Source: Candidatus Coproplasma stercorigallinarum
GTDB lineage: Bacteria; Bacillota; Clostridia; Christensenellales; Borkfalkiaceae
Length of the DNA: 64,000 nucleotides
Reading direction: 5' to 3'
Assembly (NCBI GenBank): GCA_018712655.1
Contig: DVGQ01000019.1
Location: 856-64,855 of the forward strand
Positions 9,448 to 18,490 of the stretch are shown here, one piece after another (the stretch's first letter is position 1; each line of letters opens with the position of its first letter). The notes beneath the pieces were generated by a model that saw only the letters and a program-made list of their open reading frames with translations, did no database searches and was not told the origin of the DNA. Made by a program: the position numbers and the translations under genes.

Positions 9448-10554
9448 TTACCCGCCGATTGGAAGAAAAACTATAAAAGTACTGCCCTCGCCCTCGCGGC
9501 TTTCAACGCTTACGCTGCCGCCCGCAAGGGTGACTATTCTCTTTACTATCGAAAGCCCCAGCCCGTTGCCGCGGGTAGAGTGCGAAGCGTCGCCCTGGTA
9601 ATACTTGTCGAATACGTGCAGAGCCACCTCTTTGCTCATACCTATGCCGTTATCCGAAACGCGCACTTCGGCGCCGCCGCCTCTTTCGGCAAGCGAAACG
9701 GCAATTTCGCCGCGCGAGGGCGTGAATTTTATTGCATTGCCGATGAGGTTGAGCCATACCTGCTGCATAAGCGAGGCGTTGCCCTCGTATTCGAGGGGCG
9801 CAAGCTCGGAAGAAACGGTTATATCCTTAGCCGTCCATTCGCGCTCCAATAAAATTACGCACTCCTTTATCTGCAAGTCGAGCCTGTAAGGCTTCACCTC
9901 GCCGAGAAACTGCTGATTTTCCAGCCTGTTCAGCGTGAGCGTGTTTTCTGCCAGCGTAGAGAGCCTTGCAGATTCGTCGGCGATTATTTTAAGATATTGC
10001 CTCTGCTCTTCCTCCGTCAGGCCGCCTTCCAAAAGCAGATTGGCAAAGCCGTTTATCGAGGCGATGGGCGTTTTGAATTCGTGAGAAAAGTCGTGAATGA
10101 ACTCGTCTTTGAGCGTCTGTATGCTCGAAAGCTCCTTACTCATCTTGTTGAAGTTTTCAAACAGAGATTTGAATTGCGATTTTTTTGGCACTTCGAGCTG
10201 ATAGCCGAATTGGCCGTGCGAAACCTTGTCGAACGCCTCCACCACCTTGCCCGCCATCTTGGTGCTTTCGTTGTTCAGCCAGATTATTATGCCAGTCAGC
10301 GCAAGCGCGATTACCGGCATTATGGCAATGGGAACGACGAACGAACCCACGCTCTGCGAATCCCAGAAAAACAGGTTTATTATGGCGAGAGTAACTTCCG
10401 AAACCATTACGAGCGCAACAAAGATGAGCAAAAACATTCCCACGGTTTGCCCCACGTCTTTGCGCTTTTCCTTTTTGGTCTTTTTAAGCGGCAGCCCCTG
10501 CCCGCTTTTCGCTCCGCCCGTAAAAAGCCCCTTCACCTTCTGCCGGAGGCTCAT
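9448..10554 (-). CDS. Sensor histidine kinase (HisKA + HATPase_c, two N-terminal TM helices)
   Basis: H-box FIHDFSHEFKTPIASI, N-box WLNLIGNAIKFT, G-boxes VSDNGIGM and GLGLSIVKRI. ATGA overlap with the upstream response regulator. Confidence 0.9.
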   Translation of the reverse strand: MSLRQKVKGLFTGGAKSGQGLPLKKTKKEKRKDVGQTVGMFLLIFVALVMVSEVTLAIINLFFWDSQSVGSFVVPIAIMPVIALALTGIIIWLNNESTKMAGKVVEAFDKVSHGQFGYQLEVPKKSQFKSLFENFNKMSKELSSIQTLKDEFIHDFSHEFKTPIASINGFANLLLEGGLTEEEQRQYLKIIADESARLSTLAENTLTLNRLENQQFLGEVKPYRLDLQIKECVILLEREWTAKDITVSSELAPLEYEGNASLMQQVWLNLIGNAIKFTPSRGEIAVSLAERGGGAEVRVSDNGIGMSKEVALHVFDKYYQGDASHSTRGNGLGLSIVKRIVTLAGGSVSVESREGEGSTFIVFLPIGG

Positions 10555-11222
10555 TTTTTAATCACCGCCTTATATCCTATGCCGCGCATAGTGACGATTT
10601 CGAACTCGGGATAGCCTTCGAACTTGTTGCGCAGCCTGTTTATATGTGTGCGCACGGTGTTTTCGTCGCTTTCAGATGAATAGCCCCACACCGTGTCGAG
10701 TATGTTTTCTTTGGTGAGTATTTTGTTCGGATAAGATAAAAGCAGAAAAAGAAGCTGAAACTCCTTCGAGGGCAGCTCGGTCACCTCGTCGCCGCGGGTG
10801 ACGGAGTACGTCTCCTTGTCCACAACGACGTCGCCTATGGTAATCTTGCCCTCGTTGGCAATCTTGCTGCGGCGCAGAAGGGCGTCTATGCGCCAGGTGA
10901 GCTCTTCAAAGTTTATCGGCTTTGTCATATAGTCGTCGGTGCCTACGGAAAAGCCGCGGAATTTATCTGACATACCGTCCTTTGCCGTAAGCATTATCAC
11001 GGGCACCGTCTCGCCCCTGCCGCGCAGTATCTCGACCAGAGTATATCCGTCCATAGCGGGCATCATTATATCCGTAATTATGAGGTTTACGTTGCCTTCG
11101 TCGTAAATGTCCAGCGCCTCTTTGCCGTCTTTGGCAAGCAGAACGTTATATTTGTTTTTGAGGCGCGCGTTTAAAAGTATGCGCATATTGGCGTCGTCTT
11201 CCACGACCAGAATATTTGCCAT
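10551..11222 (-). CDS. OmpR-family response regulator
   Basis: Receiver domain (ILVVEDD, LIITDIMMPAMDG, MLTAK) plus winged-helix output (ENTVRTHINRLRNKF, GIGYK). Start set to ATG 11222 (MANILVVEDD). Confidence 0.9.
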   Translation of the reverse strand: MANILVVEDDANMRILLNARLKNKYNVLLAKDGKEALDIYDEGNVNLIITDIMMPAMDGYTLVEILRGRGETVPVIMLTAKDGMSDKFRGFSVGTDDYMTKPINFEELTWRIDALLRRSKIANEGKITIGDVVVDKETYSVTRGDEVTELPSKEFQLLFLLLSYPNKILTKENILDTVWGYSSESDENTVRTHINRLRNKFEGYPEFEIVTMRGIGYKAVIKK

Positions 11223-11621
11223 ATTGCCCTTCCCTTTACCGGTATATGCCGCAGCATACGTGCGCGGCAACGCAAACATTGTAGCAAAACGGCGCAAAAA
11301 AAGCAAGAGCGCGCGCAAAAAAAGGTAAATTTGGCAAAAGTTGATATTGAGTTTATGCTGCGGTTATGAAAGATTTATATTGCACGCATAAAATTGCCTT
11401 GTAAAGTGAATAGAGAAAGACGAGGGCATCAAAACGCCGTTGCCGGGGCAAAACGCTCCGAAAAAAGACAAAATTACAGCTTATTTGCCCTGCCGTTTAC
11501 AGAATATTTACATAATATTGAACTGATATTAACTTTACGCTTACAAAAGTTTAAACGCGCGGCAGTAAAATCATAAAAAAGCCGCTTACGGGGAAGGCTT
11601 CCCCATCGGAGGACAAAATTT

Positions 11622-12797
11622 ATGACAATAGCAATCGTTATAGACCTTATCGACTGTCTTACAAACGGTTCGGTGATGACGGCCCGCCGCTTTGCCGACG
11701 GACTTAAAGCCAAGGGGCACGAAGTGCGCCTTATTGCCGTGGGCGCCGACGGCGAGAACGACTGCAACGTTAAAGAGAGATACGTGCCCGTGCTCACCGA
11801 AGTTTCTGCAAAGAACCAGATAAAGTTCGGCAAATTTGAAGAGGACAAGATAAGAAAGGCGTTCGAGGGCGTTGACATCGTGCACTTCATATTCCCGTTC
11901 AAGCTGGAAAAGAAGTGCAAAGAGCTGGCAGACGAGATGGGCATACCCACCACCGCCGCATTCCACGTTCAGCCCGAAAACATTTCTTTCAACGTGCATA
12001 TGGGCTGGTGCAAGCCCTTTAATTCGCTGATATATGCCTATCTGCGCAAAACATTTTACAGTAAGTTCGACAGAATTCACTGCCCCACCGCCTTTATTGC
12101 CCAGCAGCTTGCCGACCACGGTTACAAGGGCGAGCTTTACGTGATTTCAAACGGATACGACCCCGCCTTCGTGCCGCCCAAAGTGCACACGAAGAACGAA
12201 AAGTTTGAAATTGTGATGACGGGCAGACTTTCGCCCGAAAAGAACCAGCAGGTGATAATACGCGCCATAGCAAAGTCGAAACACAAAGACGAAATCCACC
12301 TCACCCTGCTCGGCAACGGCCCGCTGAAAGGTAAGCTCGCCGAACTTGCCGAAAAGCTGGGAGTAGACGTTTCGTTCGACTTTTTGCCAAAGGAAAAGCT
12401 GATAAAGAAGTTGCAGCAAAGCGACCTTTACGTGCACTCCGCCACCGTGGAGATAGAGGCGATTGCCGCAATCGAGGCGATAGCCTGCGGCCTTGTGCCC
12501 GTGATTGCCGAAAGCAGCCTTTCGGCGACCAGACAGTTTGCTTTAAACGAAAAATCGCTGTTCAAAGACAACAACGCCAAAGAGCTGGCGGCGAAAATAG
12601 ATTATTGGTTCGAGCATCCTTCCGAGCGCGCCTCGATGAGCGGAAGGTACGCAGTGTTCGCTAAAAAATTCAGTCTTAAAAATTCGCTTGCGCTGGCAGA
12701 GCAGATGTTTGCCGACGAAATAAGCGACTATTCCGCCCGCAAACTGCAACAAAACGCAAGTCCTTTCCCCCGCTTTTCGCTGTTCACCCGCGCATAA
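11622..12797 (+). CDS. GT4-family (GT-B fold) glycosyltransferase
   Basis: 391 aa. C-terminal half carries the E-x7-E motif (EIEAIAAIE) and LYVHSATVE, typical of retaining GT4 enzymes. GGAGGA RBS upstream of the ATG. Confidence 0.75.
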   Translation: MTIAIVIDLIDCLTNGSVMTARRFADGLKAKGHEVRLIAVGADGENDCNVKERYVPVLTEVSAKNQIKFGKFEEDKIRKAFEGVDIVHFIFPFKLEKKCKELADEMGIPTTAAFHVQPENISFNVHMGWCKPFNSLIYAYLRKTFYSKFDRIHCPTAFIAQQLADHGYKGELYVISNGYDPAFVPPKVHTKNEKFEIVMTGRLSPEKNQQVIIRAIAKSKHKDEIHLTLLGNGPLKGKLAELAEKLGVDVSFDFLPKEKLIKKLQQSDLYVHSATVEIEAIAAIEAIACGLVPVIAESSLSATRQFALNEKSLFKDNNAKELAAKIDYWFEHPSERASMSGRYAVFAKKFSLKNSLALAEQMFADEISDYSARKLQQNASPFPRFSLFTRA

Positions 12798-12962
12798 CGC
12801 TTTGCCGTTAACAAGCACATAGTACGGGGTCAATTTAAAAAGGGGCGGCAATATGCCGCAACCGACGAAAAGTACAATCGGCACGGGAATATGCCGCAAC
12901 CAACGCAGAATTTTAATTACTTTGCCCACACAAAACACACATTCACATAAACCTCAAAAAGG

Positions 12963-12995
12963 ACGGCGGGGCGCAGTTTTACTGCGCCCCGCCGT
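12963..12995. terminator. Bidirectional terminator between GT4 gene (+) and Sel1 gene (-)
   Basis: 14-bp GC-rich stem ACGGCGGGGCGCAG / CTGCGCCCCGCCGT. An A-run lies on the left (CAAAAAGG) and TCCTTTG on the right. Confidence 0.7.
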
Positions 12996-13014
12996 TCCTT
13001 TGTAAACACGTTGT

Positions 13015-13392
13015 TCAACGCCTGTCTTTCAATTCATTAAGATAAACTTTACAGTCAGAATCGCCCGCCTCAGCGCCCCTTGCAAACCAACTCTCCGCAA
13101 GCGGCAAATTGCGCTCGGCAAAGACGCCCTCGTAATAATAGAGTCCCATCACCTGGCACGCTTCGCCGTCGCCGCCTTCCGCCATACCGCGTATTCTGTC
13201 CAGATATCCGTCTATGAGCTGTTTGGCGCTCGATTTATCCACAAACATCCCGCGACCGAAGTGCATACACAGCGCCAGCCCGTAGGCAGAGCGTTCGTTG
13301 CCAAGTTCGAGGGAGTTTCTGAAAGCCGACAGCGCCTGCCGATAGTTTCCCTTTTTATAATTTTCCATAGCCGAAGAATATACGGTAGCCAT
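13015..13392 (-). CDS. Sel1/TPR-like repeat protein (small)
   Basis: Repeats of the Sel1 pattern (A..W...AAE.G...A...LG..Y..G): NERSAYGLALCMHFGRGM, GDGEACQVMGLYYYEGV, AESWFARGAEAGDSD. Start set to ATG 13392. Confidence 0.6.
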   Translation of the reverse strand: MATVYSSAMENYKKGNYRQALSAFRNSLELGNERSAYGLALCMHFGRGMFVDKSSAKQLIDGYLDRIRGMAEGGDGEACQVMGLYYYEGVFAERNLPLAESWFARGAEAGDSDCKVYLNELKDRR

Positions 13393-13521
13393 AAATAAAT
13401 CTCCCAAAGCACCCTCAATAATCTTTATAAATAAAAGTATGGGGCAATTCTACTGCAATATATTATGCACTAATTATACCACAAAACCGCATTATGGTCA
13501 ATAATTCGCACAACAATCAAG

Positions 13522-13559
13522 CCAAAGGTGCGGGGCTTTTTTAAGCCCCGCACCTTTGG
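13522..13559 (-). terminator. Stem-loop downstream of the uxu operon (probable terminator)
   Basis: Perfect 17-bp stem CCAAAGGTGCGGGGCTT / AAGCCCCGCACCTTTGG with a TTTT loop. The trailing U-tract is imperfect in both directions. Confidence 0.5.
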
Positions 13560-13658
13560 TATGGTATAAGAGAAAAGAATGAAATAAGTAAATTTATATT
13601 GGATAATATCGAAATTAAAAACTATCCCGGAGGATAATTCTGCGCGGCGCCGTTTTAT

Positions 13659-14510
13659 TTATACGCCGCTGTATGCGGAGAAGCCGCCGTCTATCGGCAG
13701 TACAACGCCCGTTATGAAGCCCGCAGCGCGCTCTGAAAGAAGAAAGAGCACCGAACCAATCAAATCGTCGGTTTCGCCGAACCTTGCAAGCGGCGTGCCC
13801 GCAAGAATTTTACCCGTCCTCTGCGTAGGCGTTCCGTCGGGATTCCACAGAAGAGAAGCGTTCTGCTTTGTGGAGAAGAACCCGGGCGCAATGGCGTTTA
13901 CCCTGATGCCCATCTTTGAAAAATGTACGGCGAGCCACTGCGTGAAGTTGGATACGCCCGCCTTTGCCGCGGAATATGCGGGTATTTTTGTGAGCGGAGT
14001 GAACGCGTTCATCGAAGATATGTTAAGTATACAGCAACCGCTTCTGCCAAGCATATCTTTGGTAAATTCCTGGGTGGGCAGAAGCGTGCCGAGGAAGTTG
14101 AGGTTGAACACGAACGACACTCCCTCTTCCGTGAGGTCGAAAAAGGTCTTTATGTCCTTGCCGAGGTCGCCCGCCTCGTAATATTCCTTGTCGGTCTGCG
14201 CCATAGGGTTGTTGCCGCCCGCGCCGTTTATAAGTATATCGCAGGGGCCGAGCTCGGCGAGCACGCGTTCGTGGCAGGCTGCAAGGCTTTCTTTTTGCAG
14301 CACGTTGGCGCAGTATGCCTTTGCAACGCCGCCTTCGGCCGTTATTTCGTCGGCAAACTGCTGCGCCTTTTCAACACTCCTGTCGAGAAGGGCAACTTTC
14401 ATCCCTGCCGCGGCGAGAGCCTTTGCCATATGCGAGCAGAGCACGCCGCCGGCGCCCGTAACTACCGCAACTTTTCCTTTTAAATCTTCAACCTGAATGG
14501 GTAAATTCAT
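13659..14510 (-). CDS. uxuB: SDR-family oxidoreductase, probable D-mannonate (fructuronate) oxidoreductase
   Basis: Rossmann motif VVTGAGGVLC and catalytic YSAAK. It starts 1 nt after the uxuA stop, which is the Gram-positive UxuB/YjmF-type context. Start set to ATG 14510 (MNLPIQ). Confidence 0.65.
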   Translation of the reverse strand: MNLPIQVEDLKGKVAVVTGAGGVLCSHMAKALAAAGMKVALLDRSVEKAQQFADEITAEGGVAKAYCANVLQKESLAACHERVLAELGPCDILINGAGGNNPMAQTDKEYYEAGDLGKDIKTFFDLTEEGVSFVFNLNFLGTLLPTQEFTKDMLGRSGCCILNISSMNAFTPLTKIPAYSAAKAGVSNFTQWLAVHFSKMGIRVNAIAPGFFSTKQNASLLWNPDGTPTQRTGKILAGTPLARFGETDDLIGSVLFLLSERAAGFITGVVLPIDGGFSAYSGV

Positions 14511-14511
14511 A

Positions 14512-15546
14512 TTAAACACCGTCCTTTTCAATAGCTTCAAATAAACCGTTCAGATATGCGGCGCCCAGCGCGCGGTCGTACAGGCCGTAGCCGGGCTTGC
14601 CGTCTTCGCCCCAGATGTTCCTGCCGTGGTCGGGACGGACGTAGCCGTCGAATCCGCCTTCGACAAGCGCCTTTACTATGCCGTAGATATCGAGATTGCC
14701 CGCAGACGTGAGGTGGCCCGCTTCGGTAAAATCGGTATCGCCGTTATATTTGAGCTGCCTTATGTGCGCAAAATATATGCGGCCGGCATATTTTTTTGCC
14801 ATAGAAACGAGGTCGTTGAACCTGCCCGCGCCCAGACTGCCCGTGCAGAAGGTGAAACCGTTGTGCTTGTTTGGCACGGCGGCAATCATCCTGTCGTAGC
14901 TTTCGGCGCCCGTGATTATGCGGGGCAGACCGAACATCGACCAAGGGGGGTCGTCGGGATGAATGGCCATATTTATGCCCGTTTCGTCGCACGCGGGCAT
15001 TATTCCCTTTAAAAAGTATACCAGATTTTCGAACAGTTTGTCATACGAAACCGACGAATATTCTTCAATAAGTCCGCTGAGCTGTTCGGGCGTATAGCTT
15101 TCGTCCCAGCCGGGCAGGTGAAGGTCGTGCGGGTCGAGCTTTAAAAGCTGTTCGTGGCAGTACGAAAGCGACGTGCTTCCGTCGCGCGCAACCGTCTTTA
15201 AATCGGTGCGAAGCCAGTCGAACACGGGCATAAAGTTATAGCATATGCACTTTACGCCGAACCTGCCTAAGTTGCGGATAGTCTGCGCATAGTTCGCAAT
15301 TAGTTTGTCGCGCGTGGGCTTGCCGAGCTTTATATCTTCGTGTACGGGGACGGACTCTATAACTTCCATCTCCAACCCTTCGTCGTCGCACAGCTTTTTG
15401 AGGCTGGCAATCTTTTCCACCGGCCACACCTCGCCCACGGGAACGTCGTATACCGCGGTAACGACGCCGCTCATATTGGGTATCTGTTTTATGTATTCAA
15501 GGGGTATGCTGTCTTTTTCGCCATACCAGCGAAAGGTCATCTTCAT
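14512..15546 (-). CDS. uxuA: Mannonate dehydratase
   Basis: MKMTFRWYGEKDSIPLEYIKQIPN...VIESVPVHEDIKLG is the characteristic UxuA N-terminus, followed by a xylose-isomerase-like TIM barrel. Start set to ATG 15546, overlapping the transporter TAA by 1 nt; the longer listed ORF adds a K/R/G-rich extension in the transporter tail. Confidence 0.9.
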   Translation of the reverse strand: MKMTFRWYGEKDSIPLEYIKQIPNMSGVVTAVYDVPVGEVWPVEKIASLKKLCDDEGLEMEVIESVPVHEDIKLGKPTRDKLIANYAQTIRNLGRFGVKCICYNFMPVFDWLRTDLKTVARDGSTSLSYCHEQLLKLDPHDLHLPGWDESYTPEQLSGLIEEYSSVSYDKLFENLVYFLKGIMPACDETGINMAIHPDDPPWSMFGLPRIITGAESYDRMIAAVPNKHNGFTFCTGSLGAGRFNDLVSMAKKYAGRIYFAHIRQLKYNGDTDFTEAGHLTSAGNLDIYGIVKALVEGGFDGYVRPDHGRNIWGEDGKPGYGLYDRALGAAYLNGLFEAIEKDGV

Positions 15547-17282
15547 TACTTCTTTTCCTTCTTGGCCGCCTTTGCCGCCTTCTTTCTTTCGGCAGCTTCG
15601 CGCTTTGCCGAAAGTTTTGCCTGGTACTTTGCCTCTTCCTCTTCGAAAGAGATGCCCTTCTTTTCGCACTTGGCCCTGAGTTCGGCAATCCTCGCCGCCT
15701 CGGAAAGCCTTTCGGCCTCTTCCTGTTCGAGGCGCAGACGCTCTTCGGGCTCTATCCATTCTATGCCTGCGGCAAGCGCTTCGGCCTTCTGCCTGTCGAG
15801 TATCTTTTCCCTGTCAGATTTGAGGAACTTTTCTACGATGAAGAATATCATAAGCACCGCGCAGGCAACGTACACGCCCGTTTCTATCCAGATATAGCTT
15901 ACGGTTACCATCGTTGCGTTTGCGCCGCCGTTGCTTATGGCATTGAAGAAGCTCTGCGCAAGCGGCGTGGTGGCCGCCATTATAGAGCTGTAAATGCTCA
16001 TAGTAAGGCCGTCGCAGCGGAAGCCGTGCTTTGCTTCGAGATGGTCAAGCACATCGGAAATCATAGCCAGAATCATATAGCAGGCGGGCGAAGAACCGAA
16101 GCTCTTCAACGCGACGCCCACGCACACGGCAAAGAAATTATCGGGCCAGATACCTGCTATCACGCCGCCGACGGCGCCTACGAGCAGGCCAATCATAACG
16201 ACGAGGCGCTTGCCGTACTTGCGCGAAAGAGGCCATATGAACGCCATTGCGATGGCCATAGGAACCGCGCCGAGAACGTTTATAATCGTCATTGCGAAGT
16301 CGCCGTACGCCGTGCCGTCGAACTGCACGGAGCAGAAATATGAGCAAGACATATTTTTAAGCGAGCCGGAGAACTGGAATATGAGGTAGAAACCTATTAT
16401 AAGCCACCAGAACACATCCGTGCCGACTGCCTTGAACTGCTTGCCCATAGATACGGCAGCCTTGGGCTTTTCTTCGCTTTCAAGATGGAACGATTCCTCG
16501 GTAACCCTTTCGCGGGTGAAGTAGTATTGAAGAACTACGAAGAGGAAAGTAACTACGCCTATTACGACGAACGTTATCGTCCAGCCCGAAATACTGGGGT
16601 TATCCCAGCCGCCGAGGAAAAGACTTACCACAAGCGGGAACACCATTCCGCCCGCACCCATAACGCCCAGATGGGAGAAATTCGTGAAGGACGCAAGCAG
16701 CCCGCGCTGGGAACTGTTGCGCGTGGAAACGGGCACGAGCGTGCTGTTCGCCGTGTTATACATAGGATAAGCTATCGCATAATAGATATTGTAAGCAATG
16801 GCCGTGAGCACCATCGTGAGCACCGGGGTATCCGTTCCGTTGCCCATCGGCGCAATAAACAGCACTATACAGCCTATTGCCAGCAACACCGACGAAAGGA
16901 GCATCCAGGGCCTTGCCTTGCCCGCGCGCGTTTTGGTGCGCTCAATCAGCTGGCCCACAAACAGGTTACCGGCCACTATGAGTATGGTTGAAATCAGCGG
17001 CAGCAGCGACAGGAAAGTCGCTATCGGCGAGCCTGCCGGCAGTTCCATTATTGCTTTGCCCGCCTCGTCAACGCCCGTCTGAACCCTGTAATTGGCAAAC
17101 AGCACGTCCGTCCAATACCTGTTCAGGAAGCTCGTGAAGATGCCGCTTGCAAGCAACGCGCCGAACGGGCCGAGAAAGTAGCCTATGAGCAGTTCGGGAG
17201 GCTTTACGTTAGCAGACTTTACCTTTGTAGACAGCAGAGGATTCTGGAAAATGCTCCGCTTTTTTTGGGAATTTGCCATCAT
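15546..17282 (-). CDS. GPH-family (glycoside-pentoside-hexuronide) cation symporter, probable glucuronide transporter, with a long charged C-terminal tail
   Basis: 12 hydrophobic helices and GPH-like segments (IGYFLGPFGALLASGIF, RTKTRAGKARPWML). Operonic with uxuA/uxuB. Start set to ATG 17282 (MMANSQKK). The last ~100 aa are a K/E/A-rich predicted coil. Confidence 0.8.
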   Translation of the reverse strand: MMANSQKKRSIFQNPLLSTKVKSANVKPPELLIGYFLGPFGALLASGIFTSFLNRYWTDVLFANYRVQTGVDEAGKAIMELPAGSPIATFLSLLPLISTILIVAGNLFVGQLIERTKTRAGKARPWMLLSSVLLAIGCIVLFIAPMGNGTDTPVLTMVLTAIAYNIYYAIAYPMYNTANSTLVPVSTRNSSQRGLLASFTNFSHLGVMGAGGMVFPLVVSLFLGGWDNPSISGWTITFVVIGVVTFLFVVLQYYFTRERVTEESFHLESEEKPKAAVSMGKQFKAVGTDVFWWLIIGFYLIFQFSGSLKNMSCSYFCSVQFDGTAYGDFAMTIINVLGAVPMAIAMAFIWPLSRKYGKRLVVMIGLLVGAVGGVIAGIWPDNFFAVCVGVALKSFGSSPACYMILAMISDVLDHLEAKHGFRCDGLTMSIYSSIMAATTPLAQSFFNAISNGGANATMVTVSYIWIETGVYVACAVLMIFFIVEKFLKSDREKILDRQKAEALAAGIEWIEPEERLRLEQEEAERLSEAARIAELRAKCEKKGISFEEEEAKYQAKLSAKREAAERKKAAKAAKKEKK

Positions 17283-17375
17283 TAACACCCTGTAAAAATA
17301 GATTTTTTTCCGCACGGCTTCCGCCGCGGCGGCCGTAAAAAAAGGGGCTGTAAACCCATTTATGTTACGCCTTTT

Positions 17376-17404
17376 ATTATACCTTTCCGTTTTGTGAAAT
17401 ACAA
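17376..17404 (-). promoter_or_regulatory. Predicted promoter of the transporter-uxuA-uxuB operon
   Basis: Minus strand TTGTAT (17404-17399), 17 nt, TATAAT (17381-17376), about 95 nt upstream of the transporter start. Confidence 0.45.
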
Positions 17405-17424
17405 TTACATATTTTATATAAAAA

Positions 17425-17509
17425 TATTGCAATTTTAATGCAAAACCGATACTTTGCGGTCAACCGATGAAAATTATTTGCATTTTTTACACAACCGTAT
17501 TGCAATTTT
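17425..17509. promoter_or_regulatory. Direct repeats in the divergent transporter/araC intergenic region (candidate AraC operator sites)
   Basis: Exact 12-mer TATTGCAATTTT at 17425-17436 and 17498-17509 (73-nt spacing). A near copy TATTTGCATTTT sits at 17475-17486. The first copy is part of the palindrome TTGCA-N7-TGCAA. Confidence 0.4.
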
Positions 17510-17537
17510 CTTACAAGTGTGCTACAATACATATGAT

Positions 17538-18311
17538 ATGTTCAGCTTTGTTTACGGCAATATCGACTTTGCCCATAAAATAGACAACACCTCTTCCCCC
17601 ACGGAAGAGTATTATAAGCATATGCACGCTTTTATCGAGATTATTTACTTCGTGCGGGGCGACGTTGACTATACGGTGGAATCGGAAACGCGCACACTCA
17701 GGCCCGGCGACGTGGTTTTAATCTCACCGGGCAAGTACCATTTTGCCACCGTAAACCTGCGCGAAAAATCTTACGAAAGATATGTGCTGAAATTCCCCGA
17801 AATTATGGTGCCCGACTATATCAAAGATACTTTGCTTGCGCACAGGCCGTTCTTTACCGATACCTCCGCCTACGCCACGATTTTTACGGGGCTGGACGAA
17901 TACGAAAAGAACTTCTCAAAGGAAGAGACGCACACTCTGTTTTTGGGCGAACTTGCAAAGCTGCTGATAATGATGAACAGGACGGCAAGCCTTGGAAAAC
18001 AGAAGGCCAATCCGTTTATAGAAAAGATAATAACGCACATAAACAACAACATTACCGAAGAGATTACGCTTGAAACGCTTGCCGACGATTTGATGTATTC
18101 CAAGTCGTATATAAGCAACGAATTCCGCAAGTATATGCACATTCCCGTTATGCAGTACGTGCGCTCCAAAAAGATTCTGTTTGCACACTCGCTGATTATG
18201 AACGGAATGAAGAAGTGCGAGGCGGCCGAAAAGCTGGGGTTTATGAACTACTCCACCTTTTTCAGGGCCTACCGCAAAACGCTGAGCGCAAACGAATTTC
18301 CCGATGAATGA
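17538..18311 (+). CDS. AraC-family transcriptional regulator (cupin-like sensor + HTH)
   Basis: N-terminal cupin-like segment (HMHAFIEIIYFVRGDVDYTV...PGDVVLISPGKYH). C-terminal double HTH (ITLETLADDLMYSKSYISNEFRKYMH, EKLGFMNYSTFFRAYRK). Start set to ATG 17538; the listed ORF starts at TTG 17454. Confidence 0.85.
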   Translation: MFSFVYGNIDFAHKIDNTSSPTEEYYKHMHAFIEIIYFVRGDVDYTVESETRTLRPGDVVLISPGKYHFATVNLREKSYERYVLKFPEIMVPDYIKDTLLAHRPFFTDTSAYATIFTGLDEYEKNFSKEETHTLFLGELAKLLIMMNRTASLGKQKANPFIEKIITHINNNITEEITLETLADDLMYSKSYISNEFRKYMHIPVMQYVRSKKILFAHSLIMNGMKKCEAAEKLGFMNYSTFFRAYRKTLSANEFPDE

Positions 18312-18326
18312 ACTAACCTTACGTTA

Positions 18327-18358
18327 AAAAAAGCGGCGGACGCTCCCGCCGCTTTTTT
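18327..18358 (+). terminator. Rho-independent terminator after araC-family gene
   Basis: AAAAAAGCGGCGG-acgctc-CCGCCGCTTTTTT: a 7-bp GC stem extended by A/T pairs, followed by a T6 run. Confidence 0.7.
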
Positions 18359-18490
18359 ATTGCCCGCGAAAAAATAGCAGGGCAGCAAATTAAGAGAAAA
18401 ACGCAATACTTTTGAGCGAAAATTGCTATTGATATTTGCGGCGTCGTGTTTTAACATATATAATGTAATAAATAAACAAATTACGGAGGA

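Noticed and set aside
15547-15759. N-terminal extensions of several listed ORFs: uxuA 415 aa; ABC 620 aa to 8847; MarR to 9248; response regulator to 11318; GH3-2 to 32904; lipoprotein to 34543; TIR to 55248; phosphoesterase to 49426.
   Set aside because: The extensions are basic low-complexity sequence and overlap the upstream gene or terminator. They precede an internal ATG that has a good RBS and the conserved family N-terminus. Shorter starts were used.
17300-17345. GC-rich hairpin (ACGGCCGCCGCGGCGGAAGCCGT) flanked by T- and A-runs in the transporter leader.
   Set aside because: On the minus strand the T-run precedes rather than follows the stem. It therefore does not fit a terminator or attenuator in the relevant direction, and no riboswitch-like conserved core was recognised.
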